Position numbers and translations under genes: made by a program. From Candidatus Poseidoniaceae archaeon (GTDB taxonomy: Archaea > Thermoplasmatota > Poseidoniia > Poseidoniales > Poseidoniaceae): DNA of 64,000 bases. Numbering within the stretch: the stretch's first letter is position 1; the number at the start of each line of letters is the position of its first letter. Shown here piece by piece: positions 1 to 11,400 of the stretch. Where the stretch lies: assembly GCA_030747785.1 (NCBI GenBank), contig JASLKC010000057.1:10495-74494 (forward strand), in the 5' to 3' direction. The notes under the pieces are model-generated. The model saw nothing but the letters and a program-made list of their open reading frames with translations, made no database searches and had not been told where the DNA came from.

Positions 1-1170
1 ATCCTAGTCTTAGGAAATATTAGTGGAGACCGAAGTGATGGCGACCCGAATAACGATGATCCGGCCGCAGTATTGCGGCAAATAGACCAGTTAGAGGCTA
101 ATCTCAATACTGTAGATCAAACAACTGCTGTTAGTATTGTTTTCCTAATGAAATCAGTCGGTGTTGGGGTCAATGCTAGTGGTACGCCACTATACTCCTT
201 AATCAATCAATCATGGGTTCCTGAACCGATTAGAGAAACGGCTTCAGTTTTACTTAATCAGCAATTAACACAAGATGCCACATTCTGGGATTTACTTGTA
301 GAACCTGAAAGATTTGGACTTCCAGGTACTGAAGAGAGTCAGATTTTCCTGCTGAATGTTTTCTATGCTAGCTTAACCGACGAAACTAGAGGTTTATTCG
401 CTTCAGAAGATATGTCTCGTTCCTTGGTATATGTTGACATGCCATTCGTTGCTGTGGCTCAAACCAAGGTAGCTGTTGGTGCGGTAAATGAATTCACTCA
501 TATGCCATATGATGGGAAAATAGATGCAAAGGAATTGACCGGCGTTGCAGCAGTAGCCATCGCAGTCAATGAGTTGATTGTCGGTTCACAATGGACTTCT
601 CTAGGATTTGCTATTGTACTTACACTAATCACTCTCGCCATCGTTTTCAAGGACATCAGATTCTCAATGTGGACGACTGCTCCAGTTATTGCCACGGTTG
701 CATTACAATGGTTAGTCATGTGGCAAATGGATGTAGCATTATCTTTAGTAACGGTAATGATAGGCTCAATTCTTGTCGGTGTCGGTGTCGATTTCTCTAT
801 CCACATAGCCAACCGTATCAAGGAATTAGGGGGAGGTATCGAAGCAATTCGCACCTCCACAGTTAGTACGGGAATGTCATTATTCGAGGCTGCAACCGTG
901 ACCACTTTAGGGCTGGCAACCGCATACAAAATTCCGATTCCTGAAATCCAGCCTTTCATCACTGTAATCATTATCCTATTGTGGATTGCTGCAGCAAGCG
1001 CATTGATATTGCTTCCAGCAATTTTCGTTACACTTGAGAAAATGGGTGTCGGCTCAGTTGGAGGCTCCTCTTCGATGGCAAGAAGACTTGGTCTTGGCGA
1101 ATTAAAGCATCGCGGCGATGTTGATATTGTAGAGGCTACACTGATTCCGGACCATGGCGAAGCATGGTGA
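1..1170 (+). CDS. MMPL/RND family transporter (5'-truncated by window edge)
   Basis: Frame is open from base 1. Multiple C-terminal TM helices with RND/MMPL-type motif 'GVGVDFSIH' and 'LILLPAI'. Confidence 0.8.
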   Translation: MLVLGNISGDRSDGDPNNDDPAAVLRQIDQLEANLNTVDQTTAVSIVFLMKSVGVGVNASGTPLYSLINQSWVPEPIRETASVLLNQQLTQDATFWDLLVEPERFGLPGTEESQIFLLNVFYASLTDETRGLFASEDMSRSLVYVDMPFVAVAQTKVAVGAVNEFTHMPYDGKIDAKELTGVAAVAIAVNELIVGSQWTSLGFAIVLTLITLAIVFKDIRFSMWTTAPVIATVALQWLVMWQMDVALSLVTVMIGSILVGVGVDFSIHIANRIKELGGGIEAIRTSTVSTGMSLFEAATVTTLGLATAYKIPIPEIQPFITVIIILLWIAAASALILLPAIFVTLEKMGVGSVGGSSSMARRLGLGELKHRGDVDIVEATLIPDHGEAW

Positions 1171-1204
1171 AAGGTAGAAGGCTAACCTTCTCCCCCGCTC
1201 ATCT

Positions 1205-1669
1205 ATGGTCAGGCATTGGCTGATGAAGTCCGAGCCCGATGTCTACCCGTTTTCACAACTTGTAGAGGACGGAAGGACCCATTGGGATGGCGTGCGAAAT
1301 TATCAGGCGCGCAACACAATGCGTGATGACATGAAGGTTGGAGATTTGGTATTATTTTACCACTCAAACACCAAACCCCCTCATGTGGCAGGTTTGGCCC
1401 GTGTATGCCGTGAAGGATATCCCGATCACACTTCATGGGATGTATCTTCCAAGTATTTCGATGAAAAATCAAGCCCAGATAATCCACGTTGGATGATGGT
1501 TGACATTGAACCTATTCAGGGATTCGAAATGATTTCTCTTCCCGACCTAAAAGCCAATCCTGCCCTCGAAGGAATGCCATTATTGGCAAGAGGGCAGAGG
1601 TTATCTGTTCAGCCAGTTGATCAAGAGCACTTCCAAATTGTATGTGAAATGGGTGGAGGACTCAAATGA
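1205..1669 (+). CDS. EVE domain protein (PUA-like, thymocyte nuclear protein-like)
   Basis: 'WLMKSEP', 'WDGVRNYQARN', 'LFYHS' and 'RLSVQPV' are EVE signature motifs. Confidence 0.92.
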   Translation: MVRHWLMKSEPDVYPFSQLVEDGRTHWDGVRNYQARNTMRDDMKVGDLVLFYHSNTKPPHVAGLARVCREGYPDHTSWDVSSKYFDEKSSPDNPRWMMVDIEPIQGFEMISLPDLKANPALEGMPLLARGQRLSVQPVDQEHFQIVCEMGGGLK

Positions 1670-2877
1670 TTCCAGTTTCATCTAGAGCGGCCGGTATTGA
1701 ATATGCCATACGAGATGTTGTAGTTCCAGCAACCAAATTGGAAGCAGAGGGTCATGAGATTATCAAACTCAATATTGGCGACCCAATTGCATATCCTGGT
1801 TTGCCAACTCCAACTCACATGGTAGATGCTTACATGGAAAGTCTCGCATCGGGAAATAATGGTTATTCTCCTTCATATGGTCTCCCAATGCTACGAACAG
1901 CAATCGCAGAGGATGAGATTTCAAAGGGATGGAATTGCACATCCGATTCGATATATGTCTGCCATGGTGTCACCGAGGCTTTGCAGATTATTTTTGCTGC
2001 TACACTTGAGGAAGGAACCAAAGTTCTCGCACCAGGTCCACATTATCCTCCATATATGGCATATCCACAGATGTTTGGCGCATCGACAATTGAATATGCA
2101 CTGAAATCGGACGATGGTTGGGCAATTGATCTCGATGACATTGAGGCCAAGATGGATGACAGTGTACGTCTTCTTGTACTAATCAATCCAAATAACCCTA
2201 CAGGAAATGTTGCTGGAGCAGAAGAGATAGACAGATTGTTGGAAATCGCATCAAGGTGGCCAAATTGCATGATTATTGCAGATGAGATTTACGATGGATT
2301 AGATTTCAGTGGCAAACAGGTCTCTGTTGCAAGTAGAAGCAAAACGGTACCAGTTTTCACCTTAAATGGAGTCTCAAAGGTATACTATGCTCCAGGATGG
2401 CGGATAGGATACATGGCAATTCACGACCCGAGTGGCGTAATGGTGAATGTCCGAGATGGGATCGAGCGATTGTTGCGTTCCAGACTATGTGCATCAACCC
2501 CTGCTCAAATGGGGTATCTTGCCGGCCTCACAGGAGACCGTTCTTGGATGGATGGCCACACCTCAAAAGTAAAGGCGCGAAGAAAATTGTGCTTAGAGAG
2601 AATATCTACCATCGATGGTCTTGAGGTAGAGGAACCCGGGGGGGCATTCTACATGTTCGTTAGATTGACACATCCTAATTGGGCTGCTGATGATAAGGAA
2701 TTTGTACTCAAACTACTACATGAAGAGCATGTTCTAGTTGTTCATGGTAGTGGATTTTCTCAAGATAAAGGTAGAGGTCATTTCCGTTTGGTTTTCTTGG
2801 CTGATGAAGCTACTTTGCACGAAGCATTTGACCGTATTGAAGTATTTCTGAATCGACACTTGTTAGCGAAGGCATGA
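1666..2877 (+). CDS. PLP-dependent class I/II aminotransferase (alanine aminotransferase-like)
   Basis: 'KLNIGDP', 'INPNNPTG', 'DEIYD' and PLP-lysine motif 'SKVYYAPGWRIGY'. Confidence 0.9.
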   Translation: MIPVSSRAAGIEYAIRDVVVPATKLEAEGHEIIKLNIGDPIAYPGLPTPTHMVDAYMESLASGNNGYSPSYGLPMLRTAIAEDEISKGWNCTSDSIYVCHGVTEALQIIFAATLEEGTKVLAPGPHYPPYMAYPQMFGASTIEYALKSDDGWAIDLDDIEAKMDDSVRLLVLINPNNPTGNVAGAEEIDRLLEIASRWPNCMIIADEIYDGLDFSGKQVSVASRSKTVPVFTLNGVSKVYYAPGWRIGYMAIHDPSGVMVNVRDGIERLLRSRLCASTPAQMGYLAGLTGDRSWMDGHTSKVKARRKLCLERISTIDGLEVEEPGGAFYMFVRLTHPNWAADDKEFVLKLLHEEHVLVVHGSGFSQDKGRGHFRLVFLADEATLHEAFDRIEVFLNRHLLAKA

Positions 2878-5800
2878 TGAAGGCCAAACTACTAGAGGCG
2901 GCTATGAGGCGAATGGTATTGGCATGCTTTGCATGCCTCATGCTAATTCCGTCAGTATCTGCTGCAACTACAATAGAAAACCCCGCATCTTTCGATATTG
3001 ACCATCTCATCCCATTGCTGATTGCAATTTTTTCAGCAATAATATTGTGGAAATGGATGATACCTTCCCAACTTTCTAGCCTGCAAGTAGGTTTCGAGAT
3101 TGACGATGGATTGTATGAGGTCCATCGCCTAACCAAAAACCGAAGAGGTGCAGTAAAACTCCTTTCACACGGAAATGTAGGAATTGGTGTAGCCCTTTAC
3201 ATGATGGCAATGACAGGTGTTCTACTCCTAATTTCTGAGTTGATATTCAAGCCTGAAGTTTTCTATTTACCGAACCTTATTCTCATGAGTATATTTGTTT
3301 TCATTCCTGTTGCAATTAGCCCATTAGTGGCGCTAAATGGTCAGTTTGCTACAAGAAATAGTCGCAAGAAGCTGGCGATGTTAAATTTCTTCCAAAGTAC
3401 TGGGATGGTTGCAGGATTAGTCACAGCATCAGTCACGACCTTATTCATCCTGCGAAAGAAGGTAGATGCCAGTCAAGAGCCGATAGTATATGCTATTGCG
3501 CTATTGGTATTCATGGCACCTACAATTCTTGCATATGGCCGAATTATGGGAGCATCTTGGAACATGCTGATGATATCAAAATTCCGAACTTGGTTGGGAC
3601 GTTCTAACCCAATCGACCCGGATAAAGTATCACCAATAGGACGTTTTTTCTCATTCATCTTGGTAGTTTTTCTATTCACCATGCCATTTACTGCGATAAA
3701 TGGAATTGTCACCGTTCTTCATGTAATGATAAACGATCCAGCAAATGCCGAAGAGGTTTTGAATTATGGTGGAATTATTGGGCATCAATTTTATCTCCAG
3801 ATCCAGAATAATCCATTACTTAGTGAGTGGGAAGCTCTCAAGTCATTGCCTGAGGTTTTGGCCGGTTATCTATCTGTAAATATCGCAATTGTCGGATTGG
3901 CTTTCATTTTCGAATTGATTCGAAATCTTTTCCTCGGAGGGCAAGCCTTTGGTGGACTTGGTGGAGTTCACCTATCTACGCCGAGAGAAATCCGTTCCGA
4001 GAATTTCGCCCAATCCAAAATTCTATACTTCGCTTTCGCTGGATTCAGTGGATATACTGCGCTATTGTTGATACTTGTTTGTTACAAGGAATTCGGCGAT
4101 GTGATGCCCTATACTGAAAATCTTGAGAATTTTGGATTTACTGAAAAATATCGCCTTTTAGTTACGTGGATTTTCATCGGAGTTGGCCAGGCGATATTTT
4201 TGCTCACTTGGGTATTATCAGTTGGACGTTTCAATCATCTACGTACTTTGAAATTCGATCTTAATCCCGATGAAAGGAGAGAAGGAGCCATCATGCGGGG
4301 TGGTGGAAATTGGATGTTCGACTTAATCGATGATGCCGCAGAGAAGGATGATATCGATTCACTACGCCGCTTCCAAATGCGTAGTTTCGATGAAGATGAG
4401 GCTATTGTCCGCTTGGCAAAGGCCCGAGCCAAGATGATTGAAATGGCATTACGTGGTTTATGGCCATCCGCAATAGACGAGGCGCGAAAGGTTCTGGCTC
4501 AAGCAGGTGGTGATGATGACGAAGCTCGAATGATAATGGCTGCAGGCCATGTTGCGAGCCGGCGACTCGATGCTGCAAGAGAAGCATTGCACAATCTGCA
4601 ACTACCCGAAGGATATGATGAGCCCGAATTGCTTGCATTCATTACTGAATGGTTCGACCCATGGTATGGACAAGTTACGGAGGATGACCTTTGGGATTGG
4701 GAGAATAACCCTTGTATTGATCACTTGATGAATCTGATGGATATGCTTGGCGACTGGTCGCCTTCTCCGCAAGAAGATAACCTTCACAAGGACAGACTTT
4801 CGAACGTTGCCCGACTCTCGTACATCGGTTTACTTCGGGCTCAAAATATGCATGAAGAAGCCATGGAAATGGCACTGAGGTTAGTTCGTAACGAACCTTT
4901 GATGGTCCGTCCACGAATTGCTGCGGCATTATGCTTGATTGACAAAGGTGATTGGCACAGTGCCGTAAATGTACTCGATGAATTGGAAGAATCAGATTCG
5001 CACGACCCACGCGTAAAGGCATTGGCCAATATTCTAGGTAGACCCAGGACCGATGAAAGTGCAAATGAATTAGAAATTGCACTCACAGAACCCCCTACAA
5101 AGAAATCACGACGTTGGATAGATGAGGCTCCAGCAAATCCAACAGCTGCTCTGATGACAAAAGGCGGAATAGATGAAGCATTGAATGCAAATATTCTGGT
5201 TGCAGCAGCAGGTGCTGTTAGGAGAAAAATGGCACCAAAGTATAGTTCTGGATTCCTTTCAGTTGTGATCAACTGGGGTTTACTTACACCCCTTTGGCTC
5301 TTTGTAGGAATTGCATTAACTACTGAATTAGGCACACTTGAAGGGATTACAATTGGCATTGGACTGGTGCTAACCCACCATGGATACCGTTTGCTCAGAA
5401 AACAGCAACGCCGCGTGATTAGACATCGGGATCAAAAAGCAATGATCGCATATGCAAGGCGTGTCAAAAGGCATCGTATTTCCATGAAAGTTTCTGAATT
5501 ACCAGTGGGTAATCATTTGCTCATTTCTGGAATGCTTCTTACCATAAACGGCAATGTCTACGACATCGGATTACCCGGTTGGCTTGTTCATCGCCTACAT
5601 GGTGATGGCGACCGCTCATTGAGAACTCGGCTCGAAAGACGTGCAAATGCGATGCGTCGGTCTAAGGATGCAAGAATACAGAAACTCACCCCTGGCTGGT
5701 GGCTCAAGAGGCCGAAGGAAGAAGGGACAAACGCCCCTGCAATGGAGAGACTTGTAGGCCCAGTTGCATATCGAGGAAGACCTCAGATGCTCCAAAGAAA

Positions 5801-5993
5801 GAGCGGTATAGGTGGTAGAAGAACAGGACGTGGCGGTAAAAGAAAGAGCGTCATGGACACAGATCTCTCACAGAAAGGAATTCCTCACAATACGATTGTT
5901 TCAGAACGCCGTAGACAAGGGACTACCTCGGGGGGAGCCCGTTTACCTTCGTCTCAAAGTAAGTCAACTAGTCGTAAGTTTAGCAAGAAGTAA
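2874..5993 (+). CDS. Large polytopic membrane protein with TPR-like helical region and basic C-terminal tail (hypothetical)
   Basis: 1039-aa ORF with many hydrophobic segments in the N-terminal half, helical repeats such as 'AIDEARKVLAQAGGDDDEARMIMA', two late TM segments and an Arg/Lys-rich tail. The start may be one of the downstream Mets. Confidence 0.6.
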   Translation: MMKAKLLEAAMRRMVLACFACLMLIPSVSAATTIENPASFDIDHLIPLLIAIFSAIILWKWMIPSQLSSLQVGFEIDDGLYEVHRLTKNRRGAVKLLSHGNVGIGVALYMMAMTGVLLLISELIFKPEVFYLPNLILMSIFVFIPVAISPLVALNGQFATRNSRKKLAMLNFFQSTGMVAGLVTASVTTLFILRKKVDASQEPIVYAIALLVFMAPTILAYGRIMGASWNMLMISKFRTWLGRSNPIDPDKVSPIGRFFSFILVVFLFTMPFTAINGIVTVLHVMINDPANAEEVLNYGGIIGHQFYLQIQNNPLLSEWEALKSLPEVLAGYLSVNIAIVGLAFIFELIRNLFLGGQAFGGLGGVHLSTPREIRSENFAQSKILYFAFAGFSGYTALLLILVCYKEFGDVMPYTENLENFGFTEKYRLLVTWIFIGVGQAIFLLTWVLSVGRFNHLRTLKFDLNPDERREGAIMRGGGNWMFDLIDDAAEKDDIDSLRRFQMRSFDEDEAIVRLAKARAKMIEMALRGLWPSAIDEARKVLAQAGGDDDEARMIMAAGHVASRRLDAAREALHNLQLPEGYDEPELLAFITEWFDPWYGQVTEDDLWDWENNPCIDHLMNLMDMLGDWSPSPQEDNLHKDRLSNVARLSYIGLLRAQNMHEEAMEMALRLVRNEPLMVRPRIAAALCLIDKGDWHSAVNVLDELEESDSHDPRVKALANILGRPRTDESANELEIALTEPPTKKSRRWIDEAPANPTAALMTKGGIDEALNANILVAAAGAVRRKMAPKYSSGFLSVVINWGLLTPLWLFVGIALTTELGTLEGITIGIGLVLTHHGYRLLRKQQRRVIRHRDQKAMIAYARRVKRHRISMKVSELPVGNHLLISGMLLTINGNVYDIGLPGWLVHRLHGDGDRSLRTRLERRANAMRRSKDARIQKLTPGWWLKRPKEEGTNAPAMERLVGPVAYRGRPQMLQRKSGIGGRRTGRGGKRKSVMDTDLSQKGIPHNTIVSERRRQGTTSGGARLPSSQSKSTSRKFSKK

Positions 5994-6045
5994 TTGTGTT
6001 CGTACCTTCCAAGGGTTCAAAGGCCGTATGCGGCCCAGTCCGCAC

Positions 6046-7359
6046 ATGGTAGAATCCAGAGGTGACTGGAGTGCTAATCCGCAAAATAGAGGCTTTGCTG
6101 ATACTGTATTAGAAGCAGTAGCCAGTAGTGGACAACTTTACAGAGAAGGCCTTGGAATGATAGCCAGTGAGAATATTGTTTCACCGATGGTCCAGAAAAT
6201 TGTTTCTAGCGACCTACATGGAAGGTATGCAGAAGGTCTGCCAAACAAGCGTTACTACCAGGGATGTGGCGATTTTGATACTATTGAAGAGTTGGGCATC
6301 AATCTTGCAAAAGAGGTATTCAATACTCCATTTGCAAACATCCAATCCACAAGTGGAACCGTGTCTAATATCGCAGCACTGAAGGCTTTAGCAAAGCCGG
6401 GTGACAAAATTACTGCGGTTTCTACTGCCGATGGAGGGCATATTAGCCATGCTAGAATGGGGGCGGTTGGTCTTAGAGATCTAAATTTATCCACATATCC
6501 TTGGGATGAGGAAAGAATGGAGCCAGATGTCGATGCAGCAGCAGCTCTCATCCGTGAAGTAGAACCCACAATTGCACTATTTGGCCAATCTGTTTTCCTC
6601 TTCCCAACACCGCTCAAAGAGTTGGCAGATGCAGCTCATGAGGTTGGGGCTACCGTGATGTATGATGGTGCCCATGTTCTGGGATTGATCGCAGGTGGTT
6701 ATTTCCAAGACCCATTACGCGAAGGAGCAGATGTAATGACAGGCTCTTCGCACAAGACGTTCCCCGGCCCTCAAGGAGGATTCATTCTCTCTTCGAGTGA
6801 GGATGAGAAATTCCAGAGGCGACTCAATAATGCAGTATTCCCTGGAACTTGTTCTTCCTATCATCTTCACCATGTTGCTGGAAAAGTGGTCGCACTTGCC
6901 GAATTCAAAGAATATGGAGAAGAGTTGTCGAAGAATACCATTGAAAATGCAAAGGCTTTCGGCGCTGCTCTTGCAGCTGAAGGATTCGATGTGCTTGCCG
7001 AAGGAAGAGGATATACCGAATCACATCAGGTATTGACTCGTCATGGTGAACTTGATTCAGGTGCAGGCGCTAGAGCGGCTGATAAATTGGAGCAAGCCGG
7101 TATTATCACCAACATGAATATGCTACCGGGCGACACCAAAGCGATGACTCCTTCGGGTCTTCGACTTGGTGTTCAGGAATTGACACGAGTCGGAATGGGT
7201 CGTTCAGAAATGGAAGAAGTCGCTCGCTTTTATGCACGTGTTCTCATCTCGGGAGAGGATACCTCAAACGTGAAAGCAGAAGTTCGTGATTTCAAATCGG
7301 AATTCCAAACTATCCGCTATTGTTTCAATGAAGAAGGGGCCAACGGATATCCGTTCTGA
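6046..7359 (+). CDS. glyA: Serine hydroxymethyltransferase
   Basis: 'MIASEN', 'YAEGLPNKRYYQGC', 'GGHISH', 'SSHKTFPGPQGG', 'SGLRLG'. Start placed at ATG 6046, 25 nt downstream of TTCAAA. Confidence 0.95.
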   Translation: MVESRGDWSANPQNRGFADTVLEAVASSGQLYREGLGMIASENIVSPMVQKIVSSDLHGRYAEGLPNKRYYQGCGDFDTIEELGINLAKEVFNTPFANIQSTSGTVSNIAALKALAKPGDKITAVSTADGGHISHARMGAVGLRDLNLSTYPWDEERMEPDVDAAAALIREVEPTIALFGQSVFLFPTPLKELADAAHEVGATVMYDGAHVLGLIAGGYFQDPLREGADVMTGSSHKTFPGPQGGFILSSSEDEKFQRRLNNAVFPGTCSSYHLHHVAGKVVALAEFKEYGEELSKNTIENAKAFGAALAAEGFDVLAEGRGYTESHQVLTRHGELDSGAGARAADKLEQAGIITNMNMLPGDTKAMTPSGLRLGVQELTRVGMGRSEMEEVARFYARVLISGEDTSNVKAEVRDFKSEFQTIRYCFNEEGANGYPF

Positions 7360-7368
7360 GGTTTATTT

Positions 7369-8388
7369 ATGCCACTTGTCGATTTACCTGAGGTGGAAAT
7401 CGACCAGCAATTAAAGGCTGCATTAGCAACATCTTTCTCAACAGAATCAGGACTCATTATCGATGGTGCAGGCCTTTCGTGGTCACTATGGAGGGCAGAT
7501 GGGTTAGAGGCTTGGTGGAATTTTTTCGAAGAGACCATCGATGCACCCATGGGGCGTAGACTTGCTAATGCTTCTTGTGACGAAGAGGAATGGTTACTTG
7601 GGGGAGGATATCTCGATACAGAGGGTTTGTTCAAGCGGCGCAAAGCGTTGCGGCTCCTCGATGATAGATGGTGGCTCCATGGCTGGGGCGCTCCTTCACT
7701 CAAGCCGTGTGGAATTGAAAAAGGTATTTTGACACCCATTGTTAGTGGGATTCTCCAAGCAGATCTTGAGCGCTTAGATGCATGCAGGTATCGCATGCGT
7801 TGGGAGCAACGAGGACCGGACGCTACTCGTCTCATACTCGATCCCTCAAATGCTCCACTTTCACCTGCTGGACCATCTCGAAACTCATCCACTTACCAAG
7901 CCACTTCACCATTCCAAATCGATGTCGAGGCTGGCTGGCGTATAGACGGACAGCAACATTGTTTGCTCCCTGCAGGAATGTTTGACCGCATAGAGGAATC
8001 ATGTTCGGGATTAGTTGCTGCTATCAGTGCCGATGAGCGTGCTGCATGGCCCGAACTTAGCGATGGCAATCTCTCTATGGCAATAGCCTCATTTCGCTTA
8101 TTTATCGCTGGAGAGGAATTATTCATGGCTATTGATTCAGATGGTTGGCTCGATTCGATTAATGCTGTATTTGGAAGCAAGGGATTGGGTACTCCACTCA
8201 AGGTAGAATCGATAGATTCTCACGGTGGGGTTAAACTCGAATATGCTTCAATTCCGTTGCCTGGAATTACTCTAGGAGTGCTAGCTGCGGCATGGACACG
8301 TTGCGAGGGCCGTCCTGTAAAGGTGAAATTTTCTCAAAACTCAGAATCAATTATTGTCGAATTGAGCAGTCGCCACAAACTCGCATAA
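7369..8388 (+). CDS. Hypothetical protein, apparent tandem V4R-like domains
   Basis: GAGG RBS-like site upstream. Two similar halves (GWGAP / GLGTP; GILQADLER / GVLAAAWTR). Confidence 0.5.
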   Translation: MPLVDLPEVEIDQQLKAALATSFSTESGLIIDGAGLSWSLWRADGLEAWWNFFEETIDAPMGRRLANASCDEEEWLLGGGYLDTEGLFKRRKALRLLDDRWWLHGWGAPSLKPCGIEKGILTPIVSGILQADLERLDACRYRMRWEQRGPDATRLILDPSNAPLSPAGPSRNSSTYQATSPFQIDVEAGWRIDGQQHCLLPAGMFDRIEESCSGLVAAISADERAAWPELSDGNLSMAIASFRLFIAGEELFMAIDSDGWLDSINAVFGSKGLGTPLKVESIDSHGGVKLEYASIPLPGITLGVLAAAWTRCEGRPVKVKFSQNSESIIVELSSRHKLA

Positions 8389-8499
8389 GGGGCAAATCCA
8401 CCCGTAGGGTGAAGTGAAAATAGTCCAATCATCCACCATGAAGGTTTATGACCAATACAGAAGTCGACGAGGTTGCACATATGTGTGGAGCGTATCAAT

Positions 8500-11400
8500 A
8501 TGACAATGTCTCACAACCAAATGGCCTATGTAGCCATAGTTTCCACACTAATTTTTGGATCGCTATTCGTAGGGGCTACCGGCTTCTTCCAAACTAGTGA
8601 TGGTGCAGGTGATTTTGACTCCGCAGCCGAGGAGGACCTCATTGGCGGCGGTACAAATGCCGACCTTGCAGCAGATAGCGATGGTGATGGCCTTCCCGAT
8701 TCACTCGAAGAGAGCCAATATGGTACGGACCCTCACGATGAAGATACGGATAAAGACGGTATGTCGGATGGCTGGGAAATTGAGCATGGCCTCAATCCTT
8801 TAGACAATGGTGAATCCGATGATGCTGAAAACGATCCTTCTGAAGCAAATTCCGAGGATGCTGAAATTCAAGAGGAAACCGATTCGTGGCCAGACCCGGA
8901 CGATGGACCTAATGGCGACCCTGACCGTGATGGTCTGATCAACTCGATCGAGCAAGAACTCGGAACCGACCCACGTCGCGCAGATACCGATAATGACGGA
9001 TTAAACGACAAGTGGGAGTCATCCTATACTCATGACATCGTAACCCCTACGGGCAACGTTACCATGTTCAATCCACTCTCAGGAAACTGGGGCTGTCTTT
9101 TACTAGATGATGCAATGGAAGAGGCACTATCGGATCGCTTTGATGGAGAGGATGGACGTCCGGACTGGGACTCAATGGCAAATGCACAAGGTCACCATTC
9201 CTGCGACATGGTTTTGGATTCAGATAACGATGGTCTTGCAAACCTCGAAGAGGAGCTGTACCATACCAACCCCACTCTAAGGGATTCTGATTTTGATTTG
9301 ATTGATGACATTGTTGAAATTTCCAACAGTACAGTCCAGTTGATGACTGCTACAGGTCAGAATTGCGGCCAAGACCTCCTAGACCCAATCACTCGCTCCG
9401 CTCCTTTCTATGAGTTAGCAGAAGAGCATGGACTTGCTTGGTTTGAAGAAGATATGGATGGCGATGGGCAACTAAATGGCCCATCTGATTGGGATACAGA
9501 TGGCGATGGAATGCCAGACGGTTTCGAATATTGTTTCTCAAATGTCCTCGAGCACCCATACACTGGGAGCTCTATTGCAGCACAGCAAATACTCAACCCA
9601 GCAAACTCATCTGATGGATATGGTGATTGGGACGAGGATGGAATGAACAATCTTGAAGAGTACCTAGTTGCAAATATCTTCGGCGATAATAAATTCACTT
9701 CCCCATGGCATGCAGATACCGATGAGGATGGAATGCCAGATGGTTGGGAAGCAACAAATGGGCTAGACCCACGTGATGGTTCCAATGGTGATGAAGACCC
9801 TGACCATGATGGATATGATGCTGATGGAAACGGACTTGTGATGTACAGTGAACTTGAGAATATTGCAACCGTGGCAGCAATCGACGTAGAACTCGATGAC
9901 TGGGTTAGCGCTAATCAAACAGTTGCACGTGCTCAGATAACTCTCTCAGGTGGTAATCGTCAAACCATACCACTAGTCGCACCAGTTGATGGCTTCGTCT
10001 ATGAGATTAGAGTTGTACCAGGACAAACTATCGAGAGTCGTCTCGATGTTTGGATGGAAATTGTAGAACTTGATGAGATGTTCACCAATTTGATGGAGTA
10101 CAATGCTCGTGACTCCGATGGCGATGGAATCATCGATGGCAGGTCCACTGATCCACTAAACTGGGATACCGATGGCGATGGCCTAAAGGATGGGATCGAA
10201 GTTATTGGTTGGGAAATTCTAGTTGTTAATCGAGGTGTACAAACTACCCATGTTACATCGGACCCAGGATTGTGGGATACCGATGAAGATGGACTTTCCG
10301 ATTTCAAAGAGTACAGCGAAATCTGTGACTTAGGTTCTAATGCATCAAATGCAGATACCGATGGTGATGGGCTTGGAGATCAAGCTGAAGCGCTGAATGG
10401 ATTCTCATGGTATGGTGAGGATTACTTTACCAGCCCTTGTATGTATGATACCGATAACGATGGTCTTGAAGATGGTGAAGAAGTAATTCTTGGCCAGGAT
10501 AACTTCCTAACACATGCAAATAACCCAGATACTGATGATGATGGCTTAATGGATGGACATGAGGTCCTATTTGTTCCAAGACCATATCAGAACCCGACAA
10601 ACCCACTAATCAATGATACAGATGGTGATGGAATGAAGGATGGATGGGAGATGCAGGTGGAATCAATCGAGGATAATGCTCGCTCCCACAGCCTTTGGGT
10701 CGTTAGCGAACCTTGGCTTCCACCAGGCTGTGATTCAATGATTCAATGTGGCCTTGAAGAAGGGGGATACATGTGGAAGAATTGGCTTGGCGGCTTTATT
10801 CTTGAGAAGAAATATGAGATTCATGAAATGAACCTTTCAAACTTTGCAATGCCGTCTAATGATCGTTGTAATGGTTGCCATGGACGCTGGGCATTAGACC
10901 CATCAGAGGGTTCTCTCAAGGATGACACATACGATGTTGATAACGATACATTGGCAAATAGTGCAGAAGCACCAGACCGTTGGAATACCAATCCTGTAGA
11001 CGACGATACCGATGGAGATTTACTTCCAGATGGCTGGGAAGTATCTCACAGTCTTCAAGCACTTGAACTTGGATTAGTAGACAATACCACTTCAGACGCA
11101 CATGGCGCACGTGGTGTAATGGACCCATCCCTGAAAGATTCAGATTTGGATGGTATTGATGATGGGCAAGAAGACCCCGACCACGATGGACTAAATCGCA
11201 GTGGTTTGATCGCTAAGTATTGTCCATCATATGACGACCCAACTTCCTCCAATTGTCACATTAGTCCGGATACCCCAGACGGTAAGAGATTCTATGACAA
11301 CCTCGAGAATTATACCAATTACGAGGAATTTATCAATGGAACCAATCCGATTACCAACGATACCGATGGTGATGATTGGGACGATGGACCTGAAGTATTC

